From the NCBI GenBank assembly GCA_001189215.1, contig LFCR01000006.1, forward strand, positions 67,550 to 131,549: DNA of 64,000 nucleotides. The letters are read 5' to 3'. Made by a program: the position numbers and the translations under genes. Each line of letters starts with the position of its first letter. Positions within the stretch are counted from its first letter, which is position 1. The notes below the pieces were generated by a model. The model saw nothing but the letters and a program-made list of their open reading frames with translations, ran no database searches and was not told the origin of the DNA. Of this stretch, positions 38,100-46,398 are shown in pieces. This DNA is from Parcubacteria bacterium C7867-008. GTDB lineage: Bacteria > Patescibacteriota > Minisyncoccia > Phycocordibacterales > Phycocordibacteraceae.

Positions 38100-38180
38100 T
38101 TGTTTGTCCCTTCTGATCTGTCTAGCAATAATTTACTTCTATTATTGCAAATGTCAACTTGAGTAAAGCTTTAAATTTCG

Positions 38181-38218
38181 GTTCGAATATCGTCCCAGAC
38201 GGCCAGCAATTGACTTTT
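38181..38218 (+). repeat. island repeat, subfamily B, copy B2 (TTGACT -35; extended -10 TGcTATTTT at 38231..38239)
   Basis: gttcgaatatcgtcccagacggccagcaattgactttt. Confidence 0.8.
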
Positions 38219-38270
38219 AATACATAGTGTGCTATTTTAATTTCAGGAATCACAGCTCTGGGAGAAGGGT

Positions 38271-38573
38271 ATGGCTCAAGCGGAAGGCGGCGCAAAGCGT
38301 CAGCTGACGGTCCGTCTCAAACCGGCAAATCGTGCCGGACTGGACCAACTGGCAGAGCGAGGGAATGGCAACATCTCCGCGCTCGTCGATCAGGCGGTTG
38401 AGGAATTCCTCGCCCGTCGCTCAGGTACGCCGATTGCGGCACAAGGCCCGTTCGCCTTGGACAGCGCCGACATCGAACGTATCGCACCCGTCGTGAAGGC
38501 GATCGGGGCGCCCATTTCGCTCCAAGTCTTTACCGACATCATCGAGGCTCAACGGACACAGTCCAAAGCCTGA
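38271..38573 (+). CDS. ribbon-helix-helix (CopG/Arc/ParD-like) DNA-binding protein
   Basis: KRQLTVRLKPANRAGLDQLAERGNGNISALVDQAVEEFLARR fits an RHH N-terminal beta-strand plus two helices. Confidence 0.5.
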   Translation: MAQAEGGAKRQLTVRLKPANRAGLDQLAERGNGNISALVDQAVEEFLARRSGTPIAAQGPFALDSADIERIAPVVKAIGAPISLQVFTDIIEAQRTQSKA

Positions 38574-38575
38574 AT

Positions 38576-38628
38576 CAATCCACCATGCAGAAGGACAGAA
38601 GGTCCACTTGCGGGTGGATTTTCTGTTA
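38576..38628 (+). terminator. possible terminator (long-loop hairpin with U-tract)
   Basis: atccacc...ggtggat followed by tttctgtt. Confidence 0.3.
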
Positions 38629-38650
38629 TATGAGGCTATATCGCAAATTT

Positions 38651-38688
38651 GTTCGAATATCGTCCCAGACTGCCAGCAATTGACTTTT
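38651..38688 (+). repeat. island repeat, subfamily B, copy B3 (TTGACT -35; TATATT -10 at 38702..38707)
   Basis: gttcgaatatcgtcccagactgccagcaattgactttt. Confidence 0.8.
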
Positions 38689-38743
38689 TCATATTTGAAT
38701 ATATATTCACATCAGATTGAAACTCGAAAGCGAGGAATTCCTC

Positions 38744-39337
38744 ATGATTCGCAACCTGATACGGCCCAATGCCCACTTCGTGGTGGGTGAGCATGAAGGC
38801 CGAAAAGTCTTCACGCTCGGCAACATCCGGTTCCCATTACTGCCGGTCGAAACCGTTCTGGAGTCAGAACGCACCTTTGTGAACATCGACGTATTCCGCA
38901 GGGACGGTTCGAAGCTGTCGGGTATGATTCGGGTGTCTACGGATTTCCCGAATGGTGTCGCTGGCACGCCGCCGTATTTCGACATGTACGACATGAAGCT
39001 ACGGCGCGAGACCGAACTTCAGGCCGAGAGCTTCGAGGAAGGGGATCTGCTCTACCTGACGAATCTTCCGTTCAGGTTCGGGGAATCCCTTCTCAAGCAG
39101 CTCGGCGAGCAGGCTGACGTCTGCAGGGAATACATCGAGCGACACAAGCTATTGCTCGATGATGTCTTCCGAAGATGCGAAGCGATCAGGACTGATAACG
39201 GAGCTGAGCTCACGGACGATCAGACCAACATGATCTTCGGGCAGTTCTACCGATCGGTCGGCGAATTGTTTCAGGAGCTGAAAGAGCGCACCGACCTGCC
39301 CGAGCTGTTCGAGCTTCGGGAGACGGAACCGGCCTGA
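38744..39337 (+). CDS. hypothetical protein (island gene)
   Basis: Start at ATG 38744 with GAGGAA RBS; no recognisable domain. Confidence 0.45.
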   Translation: MIRNLIRPNAHFVVGEHEGRKVFTLGNIRFPLLPVETVLESERTFVNIDVFRRDGSKLSGMIRVSTDFPNGVAGTPPYFDMYDMKLRRETELQAESFEEGDLLYLTNLPFRFGESLLKQLGEQADVCREYIERHKLLLDDVFRRCEAIRTDNGAELTDDQTNMIFGQFYRSVGELFQELKERTDLPELFELRETEPA

Positions 39338-39358
39338 TCGCTCTTCACGAACCTTAAG

Positions 39359-39397
39359 AGACCCTGTCCAGATCTGATCTGGCAGGGTCTTTCTTTA
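39359..39397 (+). terminator. rho-independent terminator
   Basis: agaccctg-tccagatctgatctgg-cagggtct followed by ttcttt. Confidence 0.7.
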
Positions 39398-39402
39398 TAA
39401 AA

Positions 39403-39440
39403 GTTCCCACGTCGTACCAAACCCTCAGCAATTGACTTTT
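39403..39440 (+). repeat. island repeat, subfamily A, copy A5 (TTGACT -35; extended -10 TGTATTAT at 39452..39459)
   Basis: gttcccacgtcgtaccaaaccctcagcaattgactttt. Confidence 0.8.
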
Positions 39441-39533
39441 TATAATATAAGTGTATTATACATTTACTAACCATGTGGTTAGCTTTCAGACCCGGATGGG
39501 TTCAGAGAGACGGATGTCTCAGAAAGATCAAAC

Positions 39534-39956
39534 ATGTTCTCTAGAAAAGCAAAGAAGCCAGGCTCAAATCTTGAGCGAATCTTAAGTGAGTTTCCATGGC
39601 TTTGGGCAGTTCGCCAGCAGTGGGTAGAGCCCGAAGAAGGACATTTCCTTCACATTAGTGCTGGTGACGCCAATCTACATTTTCTCAAATTTGGGATCCT
39701 TGGACGAAGAGGATCCTTCAAGCAGGGGGGAGTCTGGATCGTCTCACGCTCGGGAAAGACGACCTCCATCGACCAGGTTAACGTCGTTGAATATCGTCAG
39801 TGGTTCACTGATCAGATGTTTGAGGCCCGTCCTGACGAAACCTTCCAGATCACCCATCTGGTGCTTGATAGCAGGGAGTGGAATCAGGTTCAGATATTCC
39901 GTATGCCACCCCAGTTCGATCCTGAACACGTCTCATGGTTTAGTGGAAACTACTGA
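39534..39956 (+). CDS. hypothetical protein (island gene)
   Basis: 140-aa ORF following a repeat with promoter; no domain recognised. Confidence 0.4.
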   Translation: MFSRKAKKPGSNLERILSEFPWLWAVRQQWVEPEEGHFLHISAGDANLHFLKFGILGRRGSFKQGGVWIVSRSGKTTSIDQVNVVEYRQWFTDQMFEARPDETFQITHLVLDSREWNQVQIFRMPPQFDPEHVSWFSGNY

Positions 39957-39971
39957 CCATACACGCATGTT

Positions 39972-40002
39972 GGCCGCCTCAATCCTGGGGCGGCCTTTTA
40001 AT
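39972..40002 (+). terminator. rho-independent terminator
   Basis: ggccgcc-tcaatcctggg-gcggcc followed by ttttaatt. Confidence 0.65.
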
Positions 40003-40013
40003 TACACAAATTT

Positions 40014-40039
40014 GTTCGAATATCGTCCCAGACGGCCAG
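40014..40039 (+). repeat. island repeat, subfamily B, copy B4 (truncated after gccag; marks the right edge of the island)
   Basis: gttcgaatatcgtcccagacggccag. Confidence 0.7.
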
Positions 40040-40161
40040 GGCTCCTGGAAGCTGGTCGAGATCTCGATAATCCCAGCCGGAGTCCCATCCTTTTCTACGA
40101 TGAGGTGAACGAAGCCGATGAAACGCAAAAAAGTAGATCATATGCACGTATGCAAATAAAT

Positions 40162-40190
40162 GAAAAACCGCCGTACGGCGGCTTTTCATT
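40162..40190. terminator. bidirectional terminator hairpin
   Basis: aaaaaccgccg-ta-cggcggctttt with A/T tracts on both sides. Confidence 0.6.
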
Positions 40191-40221
40191 TCATCGCAGT
40201 TTGATGCGTGCGAGTACGTAA

Positions 40222-41070
40222 CTAATCTTGAACCAAGACCGTAGTGCCAAGCGGAGTCCACTCATACAGCTTCTTAGCTATATCAGGAGGGAGGTTCACA
40301 CACCCATGAGACCATTGTTTCCCAAACATTGTGTGCCAGTAAGCACCGTGTATGGCTCCTCCTTCTTTCGTGAAGTATATATTCCATGGCACCCCGGGCA
40401 GATCATAATACTGATCCGATATACCCGGAAGAGGTCCTTGCATGTAGCGGCTCGGCGTCTTTCGATACACCGTAAAGATACCTCGAGGGGTAGGTGTAAG
40501 ATCAAGCCCTGTCGAGATTGATGCTTGCAGGAAAAGCGAGCCCCCATCATAGGCATACAAGACCTGTTCGGAACGATCAATAAGGATTCGTTTCGTAGTG
40601 CTGGAAACAGTTGCGGGAGAGTGTTCTTCAGTCGGTATATCGAAAACTGGGCCCGTAACCTCGGAAGCTACATACCAGGTGTCATGTATGCGCTCTGGAT
40701 ACCGTACCCATTCGTTGAAGACAACCTCATGCCATTCTCGGCCCGTAGTGTCGATAACTGTAGTCGTACCGACTGCAAGCACGATCCCTGAACGAAGCTT
40801 GGCAACTATAGGAGCCGTGGTGGTCGGTGCTGAACGGGCATTCGCACATGAGCCGACAAGGTATGGATCGCACCCTTCGATAATCTCCACGTAGTGAACC
40901 GAAGAAACAGGAGTTTCTTGGATTTGCGATACATCCGGCACTATGTCTATCAGGGTTGATTCACTTGAGAGAGTTGGAAAGGAAAGCGAGAGAGCGATAA
41001 TCCCTAAACAAAATAAAGCCAACCCCACCAGAGGCTTCGCTCTGCGAATTTGTGCCAGAAACGCGTGCAT
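40222..41070 (-). CDS. L,D-transpeptidase (YkuD/ErfK family)
   Basis: Signal or TM N-terminus; catalytic SHGCVNL motif near the C-terminus. Confidence 0.7.
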   Translation of the reverse strand: MHAFLAQIRRAKPLVGLALFCLGIIALSLSFPTLSSESTLIDIVPDVSQIQETPVSSVHYVEIIEGCDPYLVGSCANARSAPTTTAPIVAKLRSGIVLAVGTTTVIDTTGREWHEVVFNEWVRYPERIHDTWYVASEVTGPVFDIPTEEHSPATVSSTTKRILIDRSEQVLYAYDGGSLFLQASISTGLDLTPTPRGIFTVYRKTPSRYMQGPLPGISDQYYDLPGVPWNIYFTKEGGAIHGAYWHTMFGKQWSHGCVNLPPDIAKKLYEWTPLGTTVLVQD

Positions 41071-41197
41071 ATTCAGACTATATACCCTTAAGGAAGTTTT
41101 TAGCTAAATGTACAATTTCAAATATGAATCACATATCTAAACTTATTTCTGTTGGTACAGCCAATAGAAGGTTTCTAAACCTCACTGATATAATTAC

Positions 41198-41605
41198 TTG
41201 ATGGAGAATTATTTGAGGTATAAGGAATATCGAAAGCCTACATGGGCTCCTCCTTCTTGGGTGTTCGCACCTGTATGGACGATTCTGTACCTACTGATCG
41301 GAATTTCTTTTGGGTATGTATTTTTCTTGTATCTTAACAAAACTCTTCCTTTCATCGTGCTACTCCCATTTCTTTTGAATTTGCTCTTCAATTTCTCCTA
41401 TACTCCTATACAGTTCCGATTACGAAATTTCTCCCTCGCACTTATAGATATAGTTCTTGTGGACATTACCCTAGTCTGGGCACTTTTGTCTGTACACACA
41501 CATGTACCTTGGGTTGTCTATATAAACCTTCCGTATCTCGCATGGGTGTTGTTTGCTACTGTTCTTCAGATTTCAGTAACCGTATTGAATAGCAAAAGAA
41601 GGTAA
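41198..41605 (+). CDS. tspO: TspO/MBR family tryptophan-rich sensory protein (paralogue 1)
   Basis: RKPTWAPPSWVFAPVWTILYLLIGIS and downstream LPYLAWVLFATVL match TspO conserved helices. Confidence 0.6.
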   Translation: MMENYLRYKEYRKPTWAPPSWVFAPVWTILYLLIGISFGYVFFLYLNKTLPFIVLLPFLLNLLFNFSYTPIQFRLRNFSLALIDIVLVDITLVWALLSVHTHVPWVVYINLPYLAWVLFATVLQISVTVLNSKRR

Positions 41606-41639
41606 TATCGTTAGGCTCTGGTGGTCTTGTACTCTCTAA

Positions 41640-42128
41640 TTACGTGTCGCTTTGCAACACACTAGAGAAAGCTTCCTTTGAGGCATTTGTTTCACTGAAG
41701 TCACCAAAACGAATCCACGTTGGAACGAGCTTGAAGAGTAATGGTTTTGCTGCATCCATGTGTGTTATCGGTGCTGATGGTTTTCCTTCAGGGAAGAGTC
41801 GTGAGGTGAGCTCAGAGAGCATCGGACCAAAGGTGGCCGTGTCTGTGATTTCTTCAAACACACCTTCGATCTGCAGCGTCTGATTCTTTTCAGTGTCGGT
41901 TACTACGAATGCTGCCTGAGGATGTGAATGCATATCACTCACCTTGCGTGTGTTTGCAAGAGTGAGGAGATATACAGATAGGGAATCATCGCATGAGTAA
42001 TAAAGCGTTCGAACGCGTGGAGTTCCTTCCGCAGATACTGTTGCAAGAGAGCCGCAGGAATGCGCTTTAAGAAAGGTCAAAGCATCAGATCTTTGCATTT
42101 GTGGTGTATTCATTGCATAAGTATACAC
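41640..42128 (-). CDS. pyridoxamine 5'-phosphate oxidase-like FMN-binding protein (paralogue 1)
   Basis: Split-barrel PNPOx-like pattern (GSLATVSAEGTPRVRTLYY...VYLLT); paralogous to 47100..47630. Confidence 0.55.
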   Translation of the reverse strand: MYTYAMNTPQMQRSDALTFLKAHSCGSLATVSAEGTPRVRTLYYSCDDSLSVYLLTLANTRKVSDMHSHPQAAFVVTDTEKNQTLQIEGVFEEITDTATFGPMLSELTSRLFPEGKPSAPITHMDAAKPLLFKLVPTWIRFGDFSETNASKEAFSSVLQSDT

Positions 42129-42218
42129 GCTGTAAGAATGTTCGATATCCTCTTAAATAACGAGCGAGGGCGGACAAGGTACCCTCCAATAGGTAAAGGT
42201 TGATGCTACCATTTCAAT

Positions 42219-42818
42219 ATGTTTGATCTGAGGATATATATAGTCATAGTTGCTTCTGTCCTGGCAGTCATTGGCAACGTCTCCTATCTTAGGGATGTCC
42301 TTACCGAGAAGGTAAAACCGCATCCGTACACCTGGTTTATATGGTCAATAGTGTCTATGACAACATTCTTCGGTGGACTCGCAAAAGGTGCGGGTATTGG
42401 AGTTATACCCACAGGTATCGCTGAATGCTTTACGATCATCATCTTCCTTCTCTCGCTCAAGTATGTATTTAAGGATCGTGCCCTGCATATTCGAGCCATC
42501 GATACGTACTTTCTTGTTGCTGCGTTGTTGGGGCTTATTCCGTGGTTCCTTACCAAGGACCCAACTATTTCTGTAGTCATTGTGGTTGTGATAGATATCA
42601 TTGCCTTCATTCCAACACTTCGAAAGACTTGGGAGCATCCTGAAACGGAGAAGCCGCTTCTCTATGGTATGAATGTCGGACGCCACGTACTCACTCTACT
42701 GTCCCTAAGTTCATACAATATCGCCACCACTATTCATTCGATTGCGATGATTGTTACGAATACGCTTATGGTGTTTTTCATTCGAAGAAAAGGGTTAAGA
42801 ATAACAGAGTCCACCTGA
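42219..42818 (+). CDS. hypothetical membrane protein
   Basis: 5-6 TM helices. Confidence 0.4.
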   Translation: MFDLRIYIVIVASVLAVIGNVSYLRDVLTEKVKPHPYTWFIWSIVSMTTFFGGLAKGAGIGVIPTGIAECFTIIIFLLSLKYVFKDRALHIRAIDTYFLVAALLGLIPWFLTKDPTISVVIVVVIDIIAFIPTLRKTWEHPETEKPLLYGMNVGRHVLTLLSLSSYNIATTIHSIAMIVTNTLMVFFIRRKGLRITEST

Positions 42819-42927
42819 AAGAAATATATTCACCTTAAACGGTGTACTAGATAGGGAATAGCATAGTGAAATATTTATAAAAATCTACCATTTAAACCCA
42901 TGAGCGATATCAGACTCATCTTTCTGC

Positions 42928-43539
42928 GTGGAGAGGGGTCTGCGCTACCTGCGCTACACTAGACCTATGCACGACCAAGTTTCAACAGACGAAGAGCTTG
43001 CAGCGCTCGTGCAGCGTGGTGATGTTGAACGATTCGGTATGCTTATGGTTCGGTATGAGCCAAAGTTGATGAGATACGGTTCACGCTTCCTTGCGCAAAC
43101 CGATGACATTCGAGAGATCGTTCAAGACGTCTTTATTAAGACGTACCAGGATATACAGTCCTTTGATACCACTCAAAGATTTTCACCGTGGATTTATCGC
43201 ATAGCGCATAATACGTTTGCAAATGAATTACGACGAAAGAGTCGTAACCCTATACGCCTTCCTGATTTCGACATATTACTAAGTCATTCTGCTGCGATAG
43301 AATCGTCTGATAGTGAAAGCGAACGGGCCAGTCTGGCTCGCATGGTAGAAAGAGGGTTGAATAGTATCTCACCTAAATATCGGGAAGTCCTGGTACTCTA
43401 TTTTATGGAAGAACTCTCCTATAAGGAGATAGCCGATGTTCTCCGAGTGCCCGTTAATACCGTTGGTGTGCGGCTTGCTCGAGCAAAATCGGCTCTTAAA
43501 GCTTCTTATACGGAGCGCAACATATCCTATGAACAATAA
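42928..43539 (+). CDS. ECF-family RNA polymerase sigma factor
   Basis: Sigma-70 region 2 (FSPWIYRIAHNTFANELRRKSR) and region 4 (YREVLVLYFMEELSYKEIADVLRVPVNTVGVRLARAK). Confidence 0.75.
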   Translation: MERGLRYLRYTRPMHDQVSTDEELAALVQRGDVERFGMLMVRYEPKLMRYGSRFLAQTDDIREIVQDVFIKTYQDIQSFDTTQRFSPWIYRIAHNTFANELRRKSRNPIRLPDFDILLSHSAAIESSDSESERASLARMVERGLNSISPKYREVLVLYFMEELSYKEIADVLRVPVNTVGVRLARAKSALKASYTERNISYEQ

Positions 43540-44251
43540 TTCACAACATGATCAGTTTCAGAACGAAGTCTTGGAACGTATTCGTTCTGGACAGCTTCAG
43601 ATGAAGCCACGGTTATTTTTTGTGCTCAAGTCAGTATGTATCATTTTGATTACAGTATTCATTCTCCTTATATCAGTGTGGCTCGTAAGTTTCATATCAT
43701 TTGGTCTCCGTCTTACCGGTAATGAGTCTTTGCTCGGTTTCGGAGCGAAAGGGTCACTTATCTTCCTAGTACTCTTCCCATGGTGGCTTGCGCTCCTGGA
43801 TCTTGGATTGGTCGCGTTGTTAGCGTGGCTGGTGCGTCGCTTTTCATTCGGATACCGAAGACCTCTCTTATATCTCTTAATAGCTTTGACAGTCTGTGGC
43901 GCAGCTTCAGGTCTCTTGTTCGATCGGGAGACGCGATTCCACGATGATCGTTTTGAAGAAGCTGAGGCCGGAGAATTATTCGGTCCTCTAGAGTCCTTAT
44001 ATGAGAGCGCTCATTTGAAAGCACCTGAAGAGCATGGTGTGTATCGTGGATTTGTTCTGGATATTGGTGAACGATCCTTCACACTCACTCATGATGATAA
44101 CGATAATGATGAAGATGACGGAGAATGGACGGTGCTACCGCCAACCAATTTCGATATGAAGATGATACGAATTGGGGATAGGGTATATGTTGCAGGGGAG
44201 CGTGAAGATCAAGAAATAGAGGCGTACGGTCTACGTATCCTAGACCGTTAG
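43529..44251 (+). CDS. putative anti-sigma factor or membrane protein co-transcribed with the ECF sigma
   Basis: Start overlaps the sigma-gene stop (ATGAACAATAA); two TM helices, then an acidic D/E-rich C-terminus. Confidence 0.45.
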   Translation: MNNNSQHDQFQNEVLERIRSGQLQMKPRLFFVLKSVCIILITVFILLISVWLVSFISFGLRLTGNESLLGFGAKGSLIFLVLFPWWLALLDLGLVALLAWLVRRFSFGYRRPLLYLLIALTVCGAASGLLFDRETRFHDDRFEEAEAGELFGPLESLYESAHLKAPEEHGVYRGFVLDIGERSFTLTHDDNDNDEDDGEWTVLPPTNFDMKMIRIGDRVYVAGEREDQEIEAYGLRILDR

Positions 44252-44291
44252 CAGAATGAAATAAAAGAGTGCTGTCAGGTGTACTACGAGT

Positions 44292-44486
44292 ATGTCTACA
44301 CAAACTCTTACCTACGCGCTGTATGTCTGTCTCGAATGCGGATGGATATATGACGAAACGCTCGGCATGCCTGAGCGCGGTATCCCACCAGGAACTAAAT
44401 GGGAGACTCTCCCTGATGATTTTAAATGTGGTGACTGTGATATTCAGAAGCGCGATACCCATATGTGGCAGAAACTTCCCGTATGA
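44292..44486 (+). CDS. rubredoxin
   Basis: YVCLECGWIYDE...PGTKWETLPDDFKCGDCD: two CxxC(G) knuckles with typical rubredoxin spacing. Confidence 0.7.
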   Translation: MSTQTLTYALYVCLECGWIYDETLGMPERGIPPGTKWETLPDDFKCGDCDIQKRDTHMWQKLPV

Positions 44487-44848
44487 AAAAGGATACCAAG
44501 ATATTTTTCTCCACCGTTTTGGGTATACCGTTATTTTTGAGTGCAGTATGGGGAGTACATGCCGCCGACGAAAGGAGTACTGTGGTCTTTCAACGTGATG
44601 AGACTATAGAAGTTACCCCTGAAATTCCTGAGCCAATCGAAGCACCTAAGCAGGTGGCTATCGCAACAGTGACCCCAAAAGCTCCTGTTCAAAAACCTAA
44701 GGCAGTAAAGGTTGCAGTGCAGCCTGTGGTAGTTCCACCGCCAGAAGTTGCACCTGTCGTTGCTGTGGTTATTGAGCCATCATCTCCGGAGCCAGCTCCT
44801 AAGAAGCCAGTCGCTGTGAAGAAGTCTCGTCGTACACGCGCAAGTTAA
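44465..44848 (+). CDS. secreted Pro/Val/Lys-rich hypothetical protein
   Basis: Signal peptide; low-complexity PVQKPKAVKVAVQPVVVPPPEVAPVV. Confidence 0.35.
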   Translation: MAETSRMKKDTKIFFSTVLGIPLFLSAVWGVHAADERSTVVFQRDETIEVTPEIPEPIEAPKQVAIATVTPKAPVQKPKAVKVAVQPVVVPPPEVAPVVAVVIEPSSPEPAPKKPVAVKKSRRTRAS

Positions 44849-44852
44849 TGCC

Positions 44853-45779
44853 ATGGAGGAATTCGACTATGAAAAGAGAGTGATGGGTTCAGAGGCTAGT
44901 ATCAGTATCGTTGCTGATGATCGTGCCACCTCTGATGTCCTTGCTAGAACTCTCTTTGAGATTGCGGAAAAAGAGGAGGCGCGGTTCTCACGATTCCGAA
45001 AAGACAGTGAGCTTTCACGGCTCAATAGTGAACGTGCAATTAAAGTTTCCGCAGAGTTCATGGATGCACTTCTGCTTGGGAGAGAGCTATACCGTAAATC
45101 TTCAGGGGTATTTAATCCGCTCGTTGATATATCACGTTTCGGATACGACGCAGATATAAGTGTAATAAAAGGTACGGAACGTACGGGCAATGATGGTGCA
45201 CCATACAACACAGACATGGAGGCTATCCATATTGACCAAGAGACCATGAGTGTTTCTCTTCAGGTAGGACAGAATCTCGATTTCGGTGGCTTCATAAAAG
45301 CGCACACCGCAGAGAAGATGGCGATGGCTGCATTAAATTGCCAAGGGGTTCTTGTGAATCTTGGGGGAGACATATATGCTCGTGGACTTGATGCAGAGGG
45401 TAAGCCTTTCGTCTTCATGGTGCAACACCCAACTGACCCAAACGTTGATCTCTCATTCATCGCGACTAATGTAGGAATCGCAACGAGTGGATCATATAAC
45501 CGTCACTGGAAGTATCGAGGTACTCCGTTCTTTCACATACTCGACAGCACAGGAAGTAAGAATCCAATAACCGAAATCCTATCAGCAACCATTATCTCCA
45601 GGACAGGAGCGGAAGCTGACGCATATGCGACCGCAGCTCTCGCCCTTGGTGCCGAGGCTGGTGGGGAATTCCTGACAGAGAATGGATGCGAGTACTGTTT
45701 CATCTTAACGGATGGGAGTTCTATATGTTCTCGTTCGTTCCCAATGATTCAACAATCTACTGTAAATTCTTATGCCTAG
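44853..45779 (+). CDS. apbE: FAD:protein FMN transferase (ApbE family)
   Basis: NLGGDIY and ATSGSYNRHWKYRGTPFFHILD resemble ApbE signature regions (TSG.YER...HHIIDP). Confidence 0.6.
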   Translation: MEEFDYEKRVMGSEASISIVADDRATSDVLARTLFEIAEKEEARFSRFRKDSELSRLNSERAIKVSAEFMDALLLGRELYRKSSGVFNPLVDISRFGYDADISVIKGTERTGNDGAPYNTDMEAIHIDQETMSVSLQVGQNLDFGGFIKAHTAEKMAMAALNCQGVLVNLGGDIYARGLDAEGKPFVFMVQHPTDPNVDLSFIATNVGIATSGSYNRHWKYRGTPFFHILDSTGSKNPITEILSATIISRTGAEADAYATAALALGAEAGGEFLTENGCEYCFILTDGSSICSRSFPMIQQSTVNSYA

Positions 45780-46398
45780 CAAAACCTTCTTCGCATTCAC
45801 CGCATCACTTCAAGAGTTATTGCTTGTAATAAGTATTGGAATACTGCTGATACTACCGGTAACTCTTGCATACATTCCTTCGTACCTGCCAACATGGTCA
45901 TACACGGCGCTATTCGGTGTCTCACTTTTTGCAGTATTTCTGGTACTAGCTATACGACCTCTCGCGGATTTACTACCGAACATCACATGGATTCGGCCAC
46001 TGGTGATCCTGCGTAAAGGGTTTGGTGTACTGTCTGCCTCCATAATCGTTGGAATAATGCTTTCAAAGTTTATGACTGACGGAGTCTACTATGCACTGGA
46101 TTTCTTTAGCCTAGAACATTGGTCCCTTCAGGGAGCTTCGATTCTTGCCCCTATAGGCGATCTATCGGCCCTCATACTTCTTGTGACATCAAATAAGTTC
46201 TCAAAGCGCGTGCTTGGTACGGATTGGAAACGAATCCAGAAGCTAGCGTACGTGTATTTCTATGCAGGCGCACTATACGAATATCTTCTGCTCGGCCAAA
46301 TTCTCGCGCTCATTGCAATGATTATTGTCACTATTTTAGTTCTCGCCGCGTATAGGAAGAATCATCCGGTATATAAACCAATCCTTCAATCGGTATGA
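45772..46398 (+). CDS. ferric-reductase-like transmembrane component (6 TM, putative heme-binding)
   Basis: 6 hydrophobic helices, overlaps the downstream FNR-like gene by 4 nt (split NOX/FRE-like arrangement); heme His ligands not verified. Confidence 0.4.
   Translation: MPSKTFFAFTASLQELLLVISIGILLILPVTLAYIPSYLPTWSYTALFGVSLFAVFLVLAIRPLADLLPNITWIRPLVILRKGFGVLSASIIVGIMLSKFMTDGVYYALDFFSLEHWSLQGASILAPIGDLSALILLVTSNKFSKRVLGTDWKRIQKLAYVYFYAGALYEYLLLGQILALIAMIIVTILVLAAYRKNHPVYKPILQSV

Noticed and set aside
37944-38162. + strand 72-aa ORF MMCSGELIHLLEEPIQAEERGEDQ...
   Set aside because: Low-complexity acidic sequence with no RBS. The opposite strand encodes a well-formed membrane peptide with RBS and terminator.
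34430-40050. CRISPR array as explanation for the direct repeats
   Set aside because: Repeat spacing is 400-1500 bp and the intervening segments are protein-coding genes with promoters and terminators, not 30-40 bp spacers. Repeats fall into two diverged subfamilies rather than near-identical copies.
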